Positions 9,087 through 19,900 of a stretch of DNA of 64,000 nt are shown here, one piece after another. How positions within the stretch are numbered: the stretch's first letter is position 1; every line of letters starts with the position of its first letter. Source of the stretch: an uncultured bacterium (GTDB taxonomy: Bacteria > Krumholzibacteriota > Krumholzibacteriia > LZORAL124-64-63); assembly GCA_963727525.1 (NCBI GenBank), contig CAVSGO010000006.1, forward strand, positions 32,001 to 96,000. The letters are read 5' to 3'. The position numbers were made by a program, and so were the translations under genes. The notes beneath the pieces were generated by a model. The model searched no databases. It saw only the letters and a program-made list of their open reading frames with translations, and was not told the origin of the DNA.

Positions 9087-11738
9087 CTAGCGAGCCACCA
9101 CGAGTTTCCGCGTAACGACGCCGCCATCGGTCCAGAGGCGGGCCAGGTACATCCCGCTGGCGACGGCACGGCCCGCGCGGTCGTGGCCGTCCCAGGTCAC
9201 CACGTGGTGACCGGCTTCCAGGGACCCTTGGGTGAGCACGGCCACGCGCTGGCCGCGCAGATCGATCACGTCGAGCCGCACCACGCTCGCGCGATCGAGG
9301 GTGAAGGTGACGCGGGTGGTCGGGTTGAATGGATTGGGTGCGGCTGTCATCTGCGGCCCGGTGACCGCGGGTAGGTCGCCCGGTGCCGCCGTGGGCTCGG
9401 GCGCCGTGATCGAGAACATGCTGCGCCCATGCGTTCCGGCCACGAGCATCCGTGTGGGCTGATGAAACGCAAGGTCCAGCACCGGCACGCGTGGCAGTCC
9501 CGTGCCCAGCGGCGCCCAGTCCGCGCCCGGGTCCTCTGTCACGTACACGCCGACGTCCGTGGCCACGTAGAGCGTGGACGGATGGTCCGGGTCCACGACG
9601 ATGTCATTGACCGGCGCCGCCGGCAACCCCTGCCCGATGTCCTGCCACGAGGCGCCACTGTTCTGGGAGCGGTAGACGTAGCTGATGGGCTCATCCCAGC
9701 GCAACCCGCTGAACGTGACGTAGACGATCTGCGCGCTGGTGGGATCGACAGTGACGCAGGTGACCCAGCGTTGCGGCAAACCGGCAGTGATGTCCGTCCA
9801 GTTGCCCATGAGCGGATTGAGGCGCCACAGACGCCCATCGTCCGTGCCGGCATACACGACGCTCGTTGTCGAAGGCGCCACGGCGATCGTCGTGATCGTG
9901 CCATAGCCCATGCCGTGATCGCCGTATGTGAGGTCGCTGCTGATCGGCTGCCACGAGCCGGCGGCATCGGTGGTCCGGTAGACGCGCTGGCTGCCGTAAT
10001 AGAGAACATCCGGGTTCGACGGGTCCATCACCACCGGCGTCATCCAGTTGTGTCGATCGTTGCCGCCGATGCCGTCGGTGGCGGGGTTGAAAAAGGTTCC
10101 GCCGTTGGTCGACTTGTAGAGGTTGCCATACTGGTACTCGGCGTAGATGACGTCGCTGTCGGTGGGATCGACGAGACAGTAGAATCCGTCACCGCCGAAG
10201 ATCGCTTCCCAGTTGTCCGCCCCGCCCGCGGGCGTGCGCAGCGAACCGTTGTCCTGGGTGCCGCCATACAGACGCTGCGGCTGAAGCTCATCGACGGCGA
10301 TGGCGTAGAACTGGCTCGTGGGCTGATCGTAGAGCTTGCTCCAGTTCGAACCGCTGTCGCCCGTGTGGTAGAGTCCGCCGTCGTTTCCCTCGTAGGCGAC
10401 CGCGGGCTGACCGAGGCAGAACGCCAGCGCGTGGTGATCGACGTGCATGTTGCCGCCCTCTTCGAACCAGCTCGAGCCGCCGTTCGTGGATCGGACCATG
10501 GGCACGCCGAGCGCGAATACGTTGTTCGGATTCGAGGGATCCACGCGGATGTTGCCGAAGTACCAGCCGAAATCGCTGTACATGCCAGACAGGGCGGCGT
10601 CATTGGTGCGCGTCCAGGTGTCGCCGCCGTTGGTGCTCTTGTAGACCCCCGCGAAACCGGCAGCGGCATCGGCGTAGATGGCATAGAGCACGTTCGCCTG
10701 GCTGACGCACTGGGTCAGGCCGATGCGGCCCACGTTGCTGCCCGAGGGGAGACCATTGGTCAGTTCCTGCCACGTGTCGCCACCATCGGTGGTGCGCCAG
10801 ATGCCGCTCGACGGGCCGCCGCTACGCCGATAGTTCAGACCGCGCACGCGCTCCCACATGGCGGCGAACAGGATGTCGGGGTTCGTGGGATCCATGACGA
10901 GATCGGTCGCGGCCGTGGAGTCGGTGAGGGCGAGACAACGATCCCACGTGGTGCCCCCGTCGTTCGTCCGGTAGATCCCGCGATTCGGCCCGGTGCCGAA
11001 GAGCTTGCCCGTGGCCGCGACGTAGATGCGGTTGGCGTCGGTAGGGTGCACGCGGATGCGCGCGATGTAGCGCGTGTCCGCGAGGCCGATGTTCTGCCAG
11101 GTCGCGCCGGCGTCGGGCGACCGGTAGAGCCCCAGGCCGAAGAAACTGTAGCTGTTGGCGTTGGCCTCGCCGGTGCCGGCGTAGATCACGTCGGGGTTCT
11201 GTGGATCGAGTGCGACGGCCCCGACCGGCAACACGGCCTGAGCGTCGAAAAGCGGCTCCCAGGTGACGCCGCCGTCGCTCGTACGCAGCACACCGCCACT
11301 GGCCGTGGCCGCGTAGGCGATGTTCGCATCGGTGGGATGCACCGCGAGATCGGTGATCCTGGCGCCGATGTTGGTGGGCCCGCGCTGTTCCCAGACGCCG
11401 TCCAGCAGCAAGCTCTTGTCTCCGGCGTCCCGCCGCAGCGCCTGCAACTGGTCGAGAGCCTCGGCGTCCGCGAGCATGGTGCGTAGTGCGTTGGCCTTGA
11501 TATCTCCGTGCGGATAGGCGCGCTGTCTCCAGAACCACTCGTTGGGCCGGGCGTTCGGCTCTTCGCCTTCGGCTTCCTCGTGTTCCAGCGGTGGCGTCGC
11601 ATCGGCGTCCATGCTTGCAGCAGGCAGCATGGCGAGATCGGCGTTTGCAGGTTCACTGGCACCGCGGGGTCGCAGGACGAGAGCCCCCAGGGCGATCACG
11701 ACGAAGATGACGACGAGTGCGAGGATACGGCGGTGCAT
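9087..11738 (-). CDS. Secreted BNR/Asp-box (VPS10/sortilin-like) beta-propeller protein, putative glycosyl hydrolase, with FlgD-Ig C-terminal domain
   Basis: Many S/T-x-D/N-GG-x-TW Asp-boxes; HVDHHAL; GGTQDNG; C-terminal APNPFNP. Confidence 0.85.
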   Translation of the reverse strand: MHRRILALVVIFVVIALGALVLRPRGASEPANADLAMLPAASMDADATPPLEHEEAEGEEPNARPNEWFWRQRAYPHGDIKANALRTMLADAEALDQLQALRRDAGDKSLLLDGVWEQRGPTNIGARITDLAVHPTDANIAYAATASGGVLRTSDGGVTWEPLFDAQAVLPVGAVALDPQNPDVIYAGTGEANANSYSFFGLGLYRSPDAGATWQNIGLADTRYIARIRVHPTDANRIYVAATGKLFGTGPNRGIYRTNDGGTTWDRCLALTDSTAATDLVMDPTNPDILFAAMWERVRGLNYRRSGGPSSGIWRTTDGGDTWQELTNGLPSGSNVGRIGLTQCVSQANVLYAIYADAAAGFAGVYKSTNGGDTWTRTNDAALSGMYSDFGWYFGNIRVDPSNPNNVFALGVPMVRSTNGGSSWFEEGGNMHVDHHALAFCLGQPAVAYEGNDGGLYHTGDSGSNWSKLYDQPTSQFYAIAVDELQPQRLYGGTQDNGSLRTPAGGADNWEAIFGGDGFYCLVDPTDSDVIYAEYQYGNLYKSTNGGTFFNPATDGIGGNDRHNWMTPVVMDPSNPDVLYYGSQRVYRTTDAAGSWQPISSDLTYGDHGMGYGTITTIAVAPSTTSVVYAGTDDGRLWRLNPLMGNWTDITAGLPQRWVTCVTVDPTSAQIVYVTFSGLRWDEPISYVYRSQNSGASWQDIGQGLPAAPVNDIVVDPDHPSTLYVATDVGVYVTEDPGADWAPLGTGLPRVPVLDLAFHQPTRMLVAGTHGRSMFSITAPEPTAAPGDLPAVTGPQMTAAPNPFNPTTRVTFTLDRASVVRLDVIDLRGQRVAVLTQGSLEAGHHVVTWDGHDRAGRAVASGMYLARLWTDGGVVTRKLVVAR

Positions 11739-11818
11739 GGTCCAGGGTCCCTTCTGTCGGTTCGAGAATGGATCGTTCTGGCGGAATCCGGATTCGATGC
11801 GTCGAGAACGACTCTGAG

Positions 11819-11996
11819 CCCATCTTGTTCATGCTATCGCTACTGCGGCGGCGTCATGGTCTCTGCGAGCGGGCTTTCTCGGGTTTGCTTCGGTCACCGT
11901 ACCCCGGCGGGTACGGCTCCCTCACAAACCCTGCGAGATCCCGCTCACAGAGACCGTTCCACTCGCCTCGCTACGCGATAGCATGAATATGGTGGG
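11819..11996. mobile_element. MITE-like non-autonomous element, copy 1 (178 bp)
   Basis: Near-identical inverted copy at 49679-49857; imperfect TIRs CCCATCTTGTTCATGCTATCGC / GCGATAGCATGAATATGGTGGG; flanked by 5-bp direct repeat CTGAG at 11814-11818 and 11997-12001. Confidence 0.8.
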
Positions 11997-12233
11997 CTGA
12001 GTATACCACAAGATGATTTCGGGCGGCCATGACCTGGTCGCAGTTGCCGGCGGTGAAGGCGTCGGCGGCGCCGAGTCCTCTGGCCCGTGGTGACCGGCTG
12101 CGTCCAGAGATACGCTCGCAACAATGGGCACGGCCAACGGCAGGCCGTCGCGCTGATTGATCGGGCTATTTTGGTATCGTAGCGTCGGACGCGTGGTCGT
12201 TGGACATCGCTCTGCAGGAAGTCATGGTGAAGG

Positions 12234-13085
12234 ATGAGGGTCTCGCGCGATCGGACAACACCGCCTGCACGCCGCGGCCTGTGGTCGCGCTGGCACGATC
12301 TGGAGCAGGTTGCCGACCTCGGTAGCTTGTCGCTCTATGGCGCCGAGGCTCTGGGCACAGCGCTGCTCCTCATCGGGGGCCTCTCGGCCGTGATCATGAT
12401 GATCTCACCCGCCTCTCCGGTCGCGGCGTGGGGATTGCCCGGTTGGCTCGCGCGCGCGTGTGCGGGTGCGCTGTTCGGTCTCACGGGAACCGCGGTGACG
12501 CTGTCGCCGTTCGGGCGGCACAGCGGCGCTCACATCAACCCGGCGATGACCCTGGCGTTTCTGCTCGAGGGGCGCATCAGCCGATCGCACGCCCTGGGGT
12601 ACGCCATCGCTCAGTGCCTCGGTGCGACGGCAGGCGCATTCGTCATCCTGGCCTGGGGCCGCTACGGAAAACCGCTGCAGTTCGGCGCAACCGTCCCCGA
12701 GGCTGGCCTGCCCCTTCCGGTTGCCGTCGCGCTGGAGGCGCTGGCCACCGGCGTTCTCGTGACCGTGGTGTTCACATTCCTGGCTCGGCCAGTGCTCCGC
12801 GATCTGACGCCTTGGACCATGGGTCCGCTGTACGCCGCGATGGTCAGCATCGAGGCGCCCCTCACCGGCACCAGCACCAACCCGGCTCGATCGCTCGGCC
12901 CGGCCATCGCCACGGGCGAATGGACGCACTTCTGGGTCTACCTGGCTGGGCCCGCCCTGGGTGCGGCGGTGGCGGTGGTGCTCGTGGGATGGGCATCGCG
13001 CGGCAAGCACCGGGTGGAACTTGCCAGGTTGGTGCAGCATGCGGGCGATCCGAACGGGCGCTCGGGTCAATTCCATCGCGAGTGA
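12234..13085 (+). CDS. Aquaporin / MIP family channel
   Basis: Two NPA boxes (SGAHINPAMT, GTSTNPARSLGPA); about 6 hydrophobic helices. Confidence 0.93.
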   Translation: MRVSRDRTTPPARRGLWSRWHDLEQVADLGSLSLYGAEALGTALLLIGGLSAVIMMISPASPVAAWGLPGWLARACAGALFGLTGTAVTLSPFGRHSGAHINPAMTLAFLLEGRISRSHALGYAIAQCLGATAGAFVILAWGRYGKPLQFGATVPEAGLPLPVAVALEALATGVLVTVVFTFLARPVLRDLTPWTMGPLYAAMVSIEAPLTGTSTNPARSLGPAIATGEWTHFWVYLAGPALGAAVAVVLVGWASRGKHRVELARLVQHAGDPNGRSGQFHRE

Positions 13086-13130
13086 GACTTCTACGGGAGT
13101 CTCGCTATGGCCACTCGTGAGTCGGTCGGG

Positions 13131-14636
13131 CTACGGCGCGCGGTTCTCGTCCGGCAGCGTCGTCGGGGTGGAACCGGCGGCGGCCGCGTCCTGAATCAGG
13201 CGCCGGAGCAATGGGATCAACATGAGCAGCACGACGCCCGCCGCGATGCTGCCCAGGCCCAGCTTGGCGAACAGGGACGCGTACTGGGGATTGGTCGCGG
13301 CCGCCGTGGTCCCGGACGGCTCGGGGACCATGCCGGAGAAATCGCCGGCGAAGATCGAGGCCAATCCGGTGACAAGCATCCAGCTGCCCATCATGATGCC
13401 CTGGTACTTGCTCGGCGCCAGCTTGCCGATCATGGCGTAGCCGATGGGGGAGATCAGCAGCTCGCCCACGGACTGGAGCAGGTAGCTGAGGAACAGCCAG
13501 AAGAACGGCGAACGACCCGTCACGTCGGCTCGCCAGATCCCGACCGGGAGCGCCAGGAATCCGAGCCCCATCAGGAACAGTGACGCCGTGAACTGCTGGG
13601 GAATGTCGATCCGCCAGCCGCGGTTGCGTAGCTTCGAGAACAGCGATGCCAGGATGGGGCCGCCAACGACGATCACGACGGTATTGATGTTCTGGACCCA
13701 CTGCGGCGCGATGTCGTGGCCCAGCAAGCGCAGGCGCACGTTGTTCACCGCGAAAAGCTGCAGGCCGTTCGGTGCCATCTGATACAGCGACCAGAACACG
13801 AGCGACCCCAGCGAGAGGATGAGGTAGGCCCACATGTTGTTCTTCTCGCGCCGGTCTTGATGCGTCAACGTGAGGTAGACGAGGGTGGCGGCGACACCGA
13901 TGCTCACGAGCTTCATGATCGCGGCGGTCAGGGTCGTATGCTGCAACAGCACCCAGACCAGCGGGGGGACGCCGGCGAGGATGGCGATGCCGATCAGCGT
14001 CCTCGTCCGGAACTGGGCCCGGGTCGCCTTGAGCAACGGCGTATCCAGGTCGGCGACGGATCTCCAGTTCAGCAACGCGAACACGATGGCCAGGAAGTTG
14101 CCGATGGTGGCGAAGTAGAACAGGTGCGTATAGCTCTCGGTCTGCTGGTAATGGCCGGCCACGGCGAAGCCGATGAAGAACCCGATGTTCATGCCGGCGT
14201 AGTTCCAGAGGAAGGCGCTCTCGCGGCGCTCATCCTGGGGCGAGAATCGCTGCGTGAGCATCATGTTGATGCAGGTGACATTGAGGCCGCTGCCGGTGAG
14301 GAAGAAGGCCAGCCCCCAGTACATCATGGCCGTGGTGCCGAGTGCGATCGTGGCGCATCCCAATACCTGCAGCAACATGCCGCCGACGAACAGGTTGCGA
14401 TTGCTGAGGAACCTACCACCCAGATAGCCGCCGAACAGGTGCAGACCGTAGTTGAAGGCGCCGAACACGCCCATGATCGCGGCCGCGTTCCTGGCGGTGA
14501 AGTTCAGGTGCTTCGTCGCGTAGAGGACGAGCGTGGAATAGAGCACAGCGAAGCCGAGGGTGGAGAAGATCTGGATGAAGAATAGCGCGGCACTGCCTTC
14601 GGGAATCTGCGAAAGTCGGCTCTTGAGGGTGGGCAA
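13131..14636 (-). CDS. Proton-dependent oligopeptide transporter (POT/PTR family, MFS)
   Basis: Many TM helices; RRESAFLWNYAGMNIG; GELLISPIG; FWSLYQM. Confidence 0.9.
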   Translation of the reverse strand: MPTLKSRLSQIPEGSAALFFIQIFSTLGFAVLYSTLVLYATKHLNFTARNAAAIMGVFGAFNYGLHLFGGYLGGRFLSNRNLFVGGMLLQVLGCATIALGTTAMMYWGLAFFLTGSGLNVTCINMMLTQRFSPQDERRESAFLWNYAGMNIGFFIGFAVAGHYQQTESYTHLFYFATIGNFLAIVFALLNWRSVADLDTPLLKATRAQFRTRTLIGIAILAGVPPLVWVLLQHTTLTAAIMKLVSIGVAATLVYLTLTHQDRREKNNMWAYLILSLGSLVFWSLYQMAPNGLQLFAVNNVRLRLLGHDIAPQWVQNINTVVIVVGGPILASLFSKLRNRGWRIDIPQQFTASLFLMGLGFLALPVGIWRADVTGRSPFFWLFLSYLLQSVGELLISPIGYAMIGKLAPSKYQGIMMGSWMLVTGLASIFAGDFSGMVPEPSGTTAAATNPQYASLFAKLGLGSIAAGVVLLMLIPLLRRLIQDAAAAGSTPTTLPDENRAP

Positions 14637-14809
14637 CGCGGGCTCCCGTGGGATGCGGACGGTGAAATGACGTGGGACGACCGAAACCCTCGGAATCCGC
14701 TGGGCCTTTCAATATAGCAGCCTGGTTACGGGCCGCATCCTCTCCCGGGCTCGACAGTAAACCGCCCCACGACTCGGGGCCGCGGGGCGCAGTGGCGACG
14801 TGATGGGAT

Positions 14810-16720
14810 CTATTTCAGCAGGGTGCACTTCCTGGTCAAATTCGTTTGTCCGGCGCGCAGGCGGTAGACATAGGTGCCCGACGCGAGGTCGCGCGGTTGC
14901 CACGTGATTTCGTGACGGCCGGCTTCCAGCGAACCGCGAACCAGGTTTGCGACCTCGCGTCCGGCCATGTCGTACACCGTCAGCGACACGGGCGCGGCCG
15001 AGTCGAGGCGGAAGGCGATCAAGGTGGCCGGGTTGAACGGGTTGGGCGAGTTCTGCGCGAGGGCCACCGTGGCGCCGGCTCCTGGCACGTCGGTGATGCC
15101 GGCCGTTTCGGCAAGGGTGACCGAGCGCGTCGTCTGCCCGTCCACGACACAGTGGTAGACGCCGTAGTCGGCTGCGGTCACGCCCGCGAGCGCGAGGTCG
15201 GCGGCCGTTTCACCCGGGAGCGGCGCACCGTCGCGGTACCACTGGTAGCTGCTGCCGCTCAGCTCGGATTCGATCGCGAAGGTGACGACGGCGAGGCCCT
15301 GAGATCCGGCTCCGACTGCCTGATCGGTGGTGCCTGCCATCGTGATCTTGGTATTGGTGAATGCGCCCTGGTTCACGAGGTCACCCGTGGCGCGGATCCG
15401 CAGGGGATAGGTGCCGTCCTGCACGGTGCCGGTGTTCTGCAGCGTGCCTTCGATGACCGCCTCGGCGCCCTGATAGTAGTCGCAGGTCACCGTGCCGACG
15501 ATCGTCAGCCCGGCGGTGAATGTGGTCGTGCCTGCGATCTTCGCATCGCCCAGCACGCCGTGGTCCACGGTCACGCCCGAGATGGAGCCGGACCCGGTCA
15601 CGCGGATCACGTTGCCATTGGCGATCACGGTGCCCGATCCCAGACCGCCGAAGTTCGTGAACTCGAGCGAGCTCCCGGGAGCCAGTGCGAGGGTGCCGAC
15701 GCCGAGTCCGACGCCGCTGGCCAGGCGCAGCGGGGTGTCGGCGACGATGGTCGCCGCCTGGAACTCCGGCAGGAAGATCGGAGCCGTGCACACGGCGTCC
15801 GGGCTCATGCTCAGGTGGTGGGTCGTACCCACGCCCGTGAGCTCGAGCGTCGGGTTGCTGATCGTGCCATTGTTCTCGACATCGCCTCTCACGCTGAGCG
15901 AGAAGCCGTAGTCGTCGTTGGTGATGAGCCCGTTATTGACGAGATCACCATTGACGACGACGCCACCACCGCCCGTGGCGGTGGGATTCCGCAGGCTGTT
16001 CATGACGACCAGCCGCGTGACGACCGTCGCTCCCGCGGAGCGCGCGTCGCCGACGAAGACGACATCGTCGAGCGTGCAGGACTGGAGATACGAGTACGAC
16101 TCGAACCGCAGCTCGTTCCCGTTGGCGGCGATGGGGCCCTTGCAGATGGTGGCGGTGAGGGTGAGCGGGCAGTCGGGGGACAGGACGAGGCGGCCCCCGG
16201 TGAAGTCGATGTCGCCGCCCACACTGATGGGCGTGGTGGCGACCAGGTCGCCCGAGGCGCCGGCCGCGAACGACAGCGTCGTGTTGCAGTCGCTCCCGGC
16301 GCCCTGCGACATCATCCGCGTGGCACTTCCGGTGACGCGGGCCCGCCAGGGCGTGAAGACGCCGGAGTTGTGGAAGCTGCCGCCGAACTCGACCTCGAGA
16401 TAGTACCCATTCACGTTGCCGACGGCGCCGAGGTTTGTGAAGTCGCCGGCCACCTGCAACGTGCGCGGCGGCGCGACCAGGGCGCCGTTCACCGATCCCA
16501 GGGCTTCGACAGCGATGGTCTGGCACGGGTCGAGGCCATCGATGAGCACGGGCCCGGCGACCACGACATCGTCGCCGGCACCCGGAACGACGCCGCCAAC
16601 CCACGTGGCCGCGCTCGACCAGTTGCCGCCGGCGGCAGTGGAAGTGATTGTGGCGGCCTCGGATAGCGAGGCCAGGGATATCAGGACAAGCGCCATGATG
16701 AGGAACGAGCGAGTTCTCAT
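14810..16720 (-). CDS. Secreted beta-helix/Ig-domain protein with FlgD-Ig C-terminal domain
   Basis: Signal peptide; GNWSSAATWVGGVVP start; Ig motif YQWYRDG...DYGVYHC; C-terminal QNSPNPFNP. Confidence 0.8.
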   Translation of the reverse strand: MRTRSFLIMALVLISLASLSEAATITSTAAGGNWSSAATWVGGVVPGAGDDVVVAGPVLIDGLDPCQTIAVEALGSVNGALVAPPRTLQVAGDFTNLGAVGNVNGYYLEVEFGGSFHNSGVFTPWRARVTGSATRMMSQGAGSDCNTTLSFAAGASGDLVATTPISVGGDIDFTGGRLVLSPDCPLTLTATICKGPIAANGNELRFESYSYLQSCTLDDVVFVGDARSAGATVVTRLVVMNSLRNPTATGGGGVVVNGDLVNNGLITNDDYGFSLSVRGDVENNGTISNPTLELTGVGTTHHLSMSPDAVCTAPIFLPEFQAATIVADTPLRLASGVGLGVGTLALAPGSSLEFTNFGGLGSGTVIANGNVIRVTGSGSISGVTVDHGVLGDAKIAGTTTFTAGLTIVGTVTCDYYQGAEAVIEGTLQNTGTVQDGTYPLRIRATGDLVNQGAFTNTKITMAGTTDQAVGAGSQGLAVVTFAIESELSGSSYQWYRDGAPLPGETAADLALAGVTAADYGVYHCVVDGQTTRSVTLAETAGITDVPGAGATVALAQNSPNPFNPATLIAFRLDSAAPVSLTVYDMAGREVANLVRGSLEAGRHEITWQPRDLASGTYVYRLRAGQTNLTRKCTLLK

Positions 16721-16845
16721 GATTCATCCCCTTGCTGGCGTCATATGGGTGAGGGCATGGTCGATGGCATAAAGGCTACCATAATTGTTCGTTTTAATTC
16801 AATGAAAATATGATATCAAAACCGGCGTCACGCGGCGCCGGGAGG

Positions 16846-16881
16846 ATCCTGTTGAAAACAGGATGAAAATTCATCTATAAT
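16846..16881 (+). promoter_or_regulatory. Putative sigma70 promoter (TTGAAA-N18-TATAAT) overlapped by two inverted repeats
   Basis: -35 at 16852-16857 and -10 at 16876-16881; inverted repeats ATCCTGTT-gaa-AACAGGAT (16846-16864) and GATGAA-aa-TTCATC (16862-16875). Confidence 0.55.
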
Positions 16882-16951
16882 CCCTCATTCCATCGTGACC
16901 GCTGCACATCCCGACGCGAAATCACGCATCTCCCTCAAAGGGAGGTCCAGG

Positions 16952-19900
16952 ATGGATACGAAGCTGCTCGTCTTGCTGGCCGCGCTCGCGCTTGCCGCGC
17001 CGGCTCTTGCCGTCACCCGGGTCGTCGATCTGGGTGGAGGTGGCGATTTCATGACCATTCAGCCGGCGATCGACGCATCCGCCAGTGGCGATGTCATCGT
17101 CGTGCACGCCGGGACGTACACCGGCTCCGGCAACACCGGGCTCAATTTCGGTGGGCGCAATCTCACACTGCAGGCGTCGAGTGGTGCCGATGTCACCGTG
17201 ATCGACGCGGAGCAGTCGGCTCGCCTGTTCGTCTTCGCCAGCGGCGAGACCGCGGCGGCCCGGGTCGAGGGGTTCACACTCACGCATGGGCTGAGCGGGA
17301 GTGTCGGCGGGGCGGTGTACATCCAGGATGCGTCGCCAACCTTCGTGGACTGCTATCTCGTGGAGAACAGTAGCGATGCGCACGGCGGCGCCGTGTACGT
17401 GCAGGGTGGGGAACCCAGCTTCGACGGTTGCACCTTCGTGGGCAACACCACGCAGGGGCGCGGGGGCGCGCTCTGGATCGACGGCGCCGCCTTCGTCACC
17501 ATCGACCAGGCCACGATCACGGGCAACACGGCCAACCTGAGCGGCCTTTCGCACAACGGCGGTGGGCTGGTCGTTTCGGGCGATTCGCATCTCCAGCTCA
17601 CGCGGTCGATTCTCTGGGGCAACCGCGCGGGCGACTTCGATGATCTCTACGTGCTCGGCACGTCGTCGGCGGCGATCTCGTGCTGCGATGTCGACAGCGG
17701 CGGGATCGGCGGGGCAGGGGGCGTGGACTACGGCGCGGGTGTCGTCGTCAGCGATCCGCATTTCTGCCAGCCGGCCTATTGCCGCGCGTCGCCCTGGGGT
17801 GATGGCGACTATGGACTGGCCGCCAACTCGCCCTGCCTCCCCACGAACAACGCCTGCGGCGAGCGGATCGGCGCCTGGCCGCAGTCCTGTGGCGAGGTGG
17901 TGGTGTGGACCGGCGGTGCCGGCACCACGGCGTGGGAGAACCCGAACAACTGGAGCACGCACAATCTACCGGGACCGGGGGACAACGTGCAGATCACCAC
18001 GGGGGACGTGGTGCTGGCATCGACGGCCGAGATCGGTATTCTCACGCAGTGCAGTGAGAGCGACGACTCCGACCTCACGCTCACGATCACGACGGGCGGT
18101 CACCTGCTGCTCGCGTCCGGCGTCACCGACAAGGAAGTGCATGTGGCCACCGTCACTTCCGACAAGACGGTGATCGAGAACGGAGGTGAGGCGAGCACCG
18201 GCACGAACAACGTTCCGCAGCTCTGGCATCTCCTGGGCGAGTTCGATCTGAATAACGGTCACGTGAACGGCGCCCTCACCCTGGACGGTTCGGGGGCGGC
18301 CAATTCCAGTGGTAACAGTTCGCTGGGCCACGACACCAGTGTCATCAACCGCGGGCACACGCCGAACAAGGTGGCAGGCGCACCTGGTCTGAACGTGGTG
18401 AGCGGTACGCTCACGGTGGACGGCACGCTAAAGAACCACGGCGACATCAGCATCGCCGGCGGCGCCGCGCTGCAGCTCGGCGGCACGCTCGATAATCTCG
18501 CCGACGGGGCCATCGCGCTGGAAGGCAGCATCACCGGCAACGGCAGCCTATCCAATCGCGGCGCCATGACCAAGACGGGTGCGACTGCGAGCGATGTCGT
18601 GCCCGGCGTGACCAACCTGCGCGACGCCGGTGGTGCCGGCACCATCGTCGTGAGCGAGAACGTGTGGCGCGTGGGTGGCGCGTTCAGCAACAGTGGACTC
18701 GTGGGCATCGCCGACGGCGCCACGCTGCGGCGTACGGGTACGATCACCAATGCGGCCGACGGCATCATCCAGCTTGCCGGCAACATCGGCGGTGGTGGCC
18801 TGCTCACCAATCAGGGGCTGGTGCAGCGCAGTGGCGCCGGCACCAGTACCGTGACCGGCACCATCGCGAACACCGCCGACTTGGACACGGGCGACCGGGG
18901 TCGGTTGCTCGTGCCGACCGGGGCCTTGAACCTGACCACGCTACGCAGCGACGGCATCGTCGATGTGAGCGCGGGCGCCGCGCTCACCGTCACGAGTGAA
19001 CTCATCAGCGGCGACGACGCGCGGCTTTCCGGGGGCGGCTCCGTCGACGTGGTGACAGCCTCGTTCACCAACACCGGCCGCGTGCGGCCCGGCGCCTCGC
19101 CCGGTACGCTCACCGTGGTGGGCGACTACCCGTCCACGCCGTCCACGCGCCTCTTCGTGGAGCTGGGCGGCACGGCGCCCGGCACCCAGTACGACCGGCT
19201 CGTCGCCACGGGCACGGCCACGCTCGGTGGTGCGATGCACGTGGCGCTGATCAACGGCTTCGTGCCCAGCGTCGGCGATACGTTCACCGTGCTCACGGCG
19301 GCGAGCGTGCTTGCGACGTTCGACTGCGTGTCCGGCCTGCCCGTGGCGCCCGGTTTGCGCCTGGTGCCGAGCGTGCTGAGCGACCGCGTGCTACTCGTGG
19401 CCACGGCGGGCGACGATGGCGATCAAGCCCCTCTGGCGGTGCGCGACGACGTGATCGTGTCCGACAGCCTACCCTCGACGTTGTCGCCGCTGGCCAACGA
19501 TAGCGATCCCGATGGCGACGGACTCACCCTGGTGAGCGTGATCGTGGCGGCCACCGCAGGCACGGCGCGGGTGAGCGTGGACGGCGAGACCATCACCTAC
19601 TGGCCGCCGGCCGCGTCCACAGCGCTGGACAGCCTCGTCTACGTGGTCACCGACTGCGCCGGCGCAGTCGATTCGGCCACCGTGGTGCTGCACCTGGCCA
19701 ACACCACGGCCACGCCCGATCCGCCCGAGCCGTTGCCCGATGCGGCGTACAAGCTGTACCCGAACACGCCCAATCCGTTCAACCCGTTCACGAGCATCCG
19801 TTTCGACGTGGCGCGGCCGGGGCCGATGCGCGTGGCGATCTACGATCTGCGCGGCCGCCTCGTGCAGACGCTCACCGATGGCTTCCACGCGGCCGGTACC

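Noticed and set aside
9429-11486. Long antisense or alternate-frame ORFs (also 14846-16666, 26791-28326, 28890-30770, 31731-33560, 39519-41999, 52318-54204)
   Set aside because: These are shadow ORFs typical of high-GC DNA. They overlap well-supported genes and carry no recognisable motifs.
11717-11986. ORFs 11717-11986 and 11508-11981, with matching peptides in 49337-49810 and 49689-51800
   Set aside because: The shared peptide text comes from translating the repeated non-coding MITE; there is no RBS or protein-family support.
11814-12001. Apparent compensatory base change at the outermost stem of the repeat (AG..CT versus AA..TT)
   Set aside because: It is explained by the quasi-palindromic 5-bp target duplications rather than RNA covariation.
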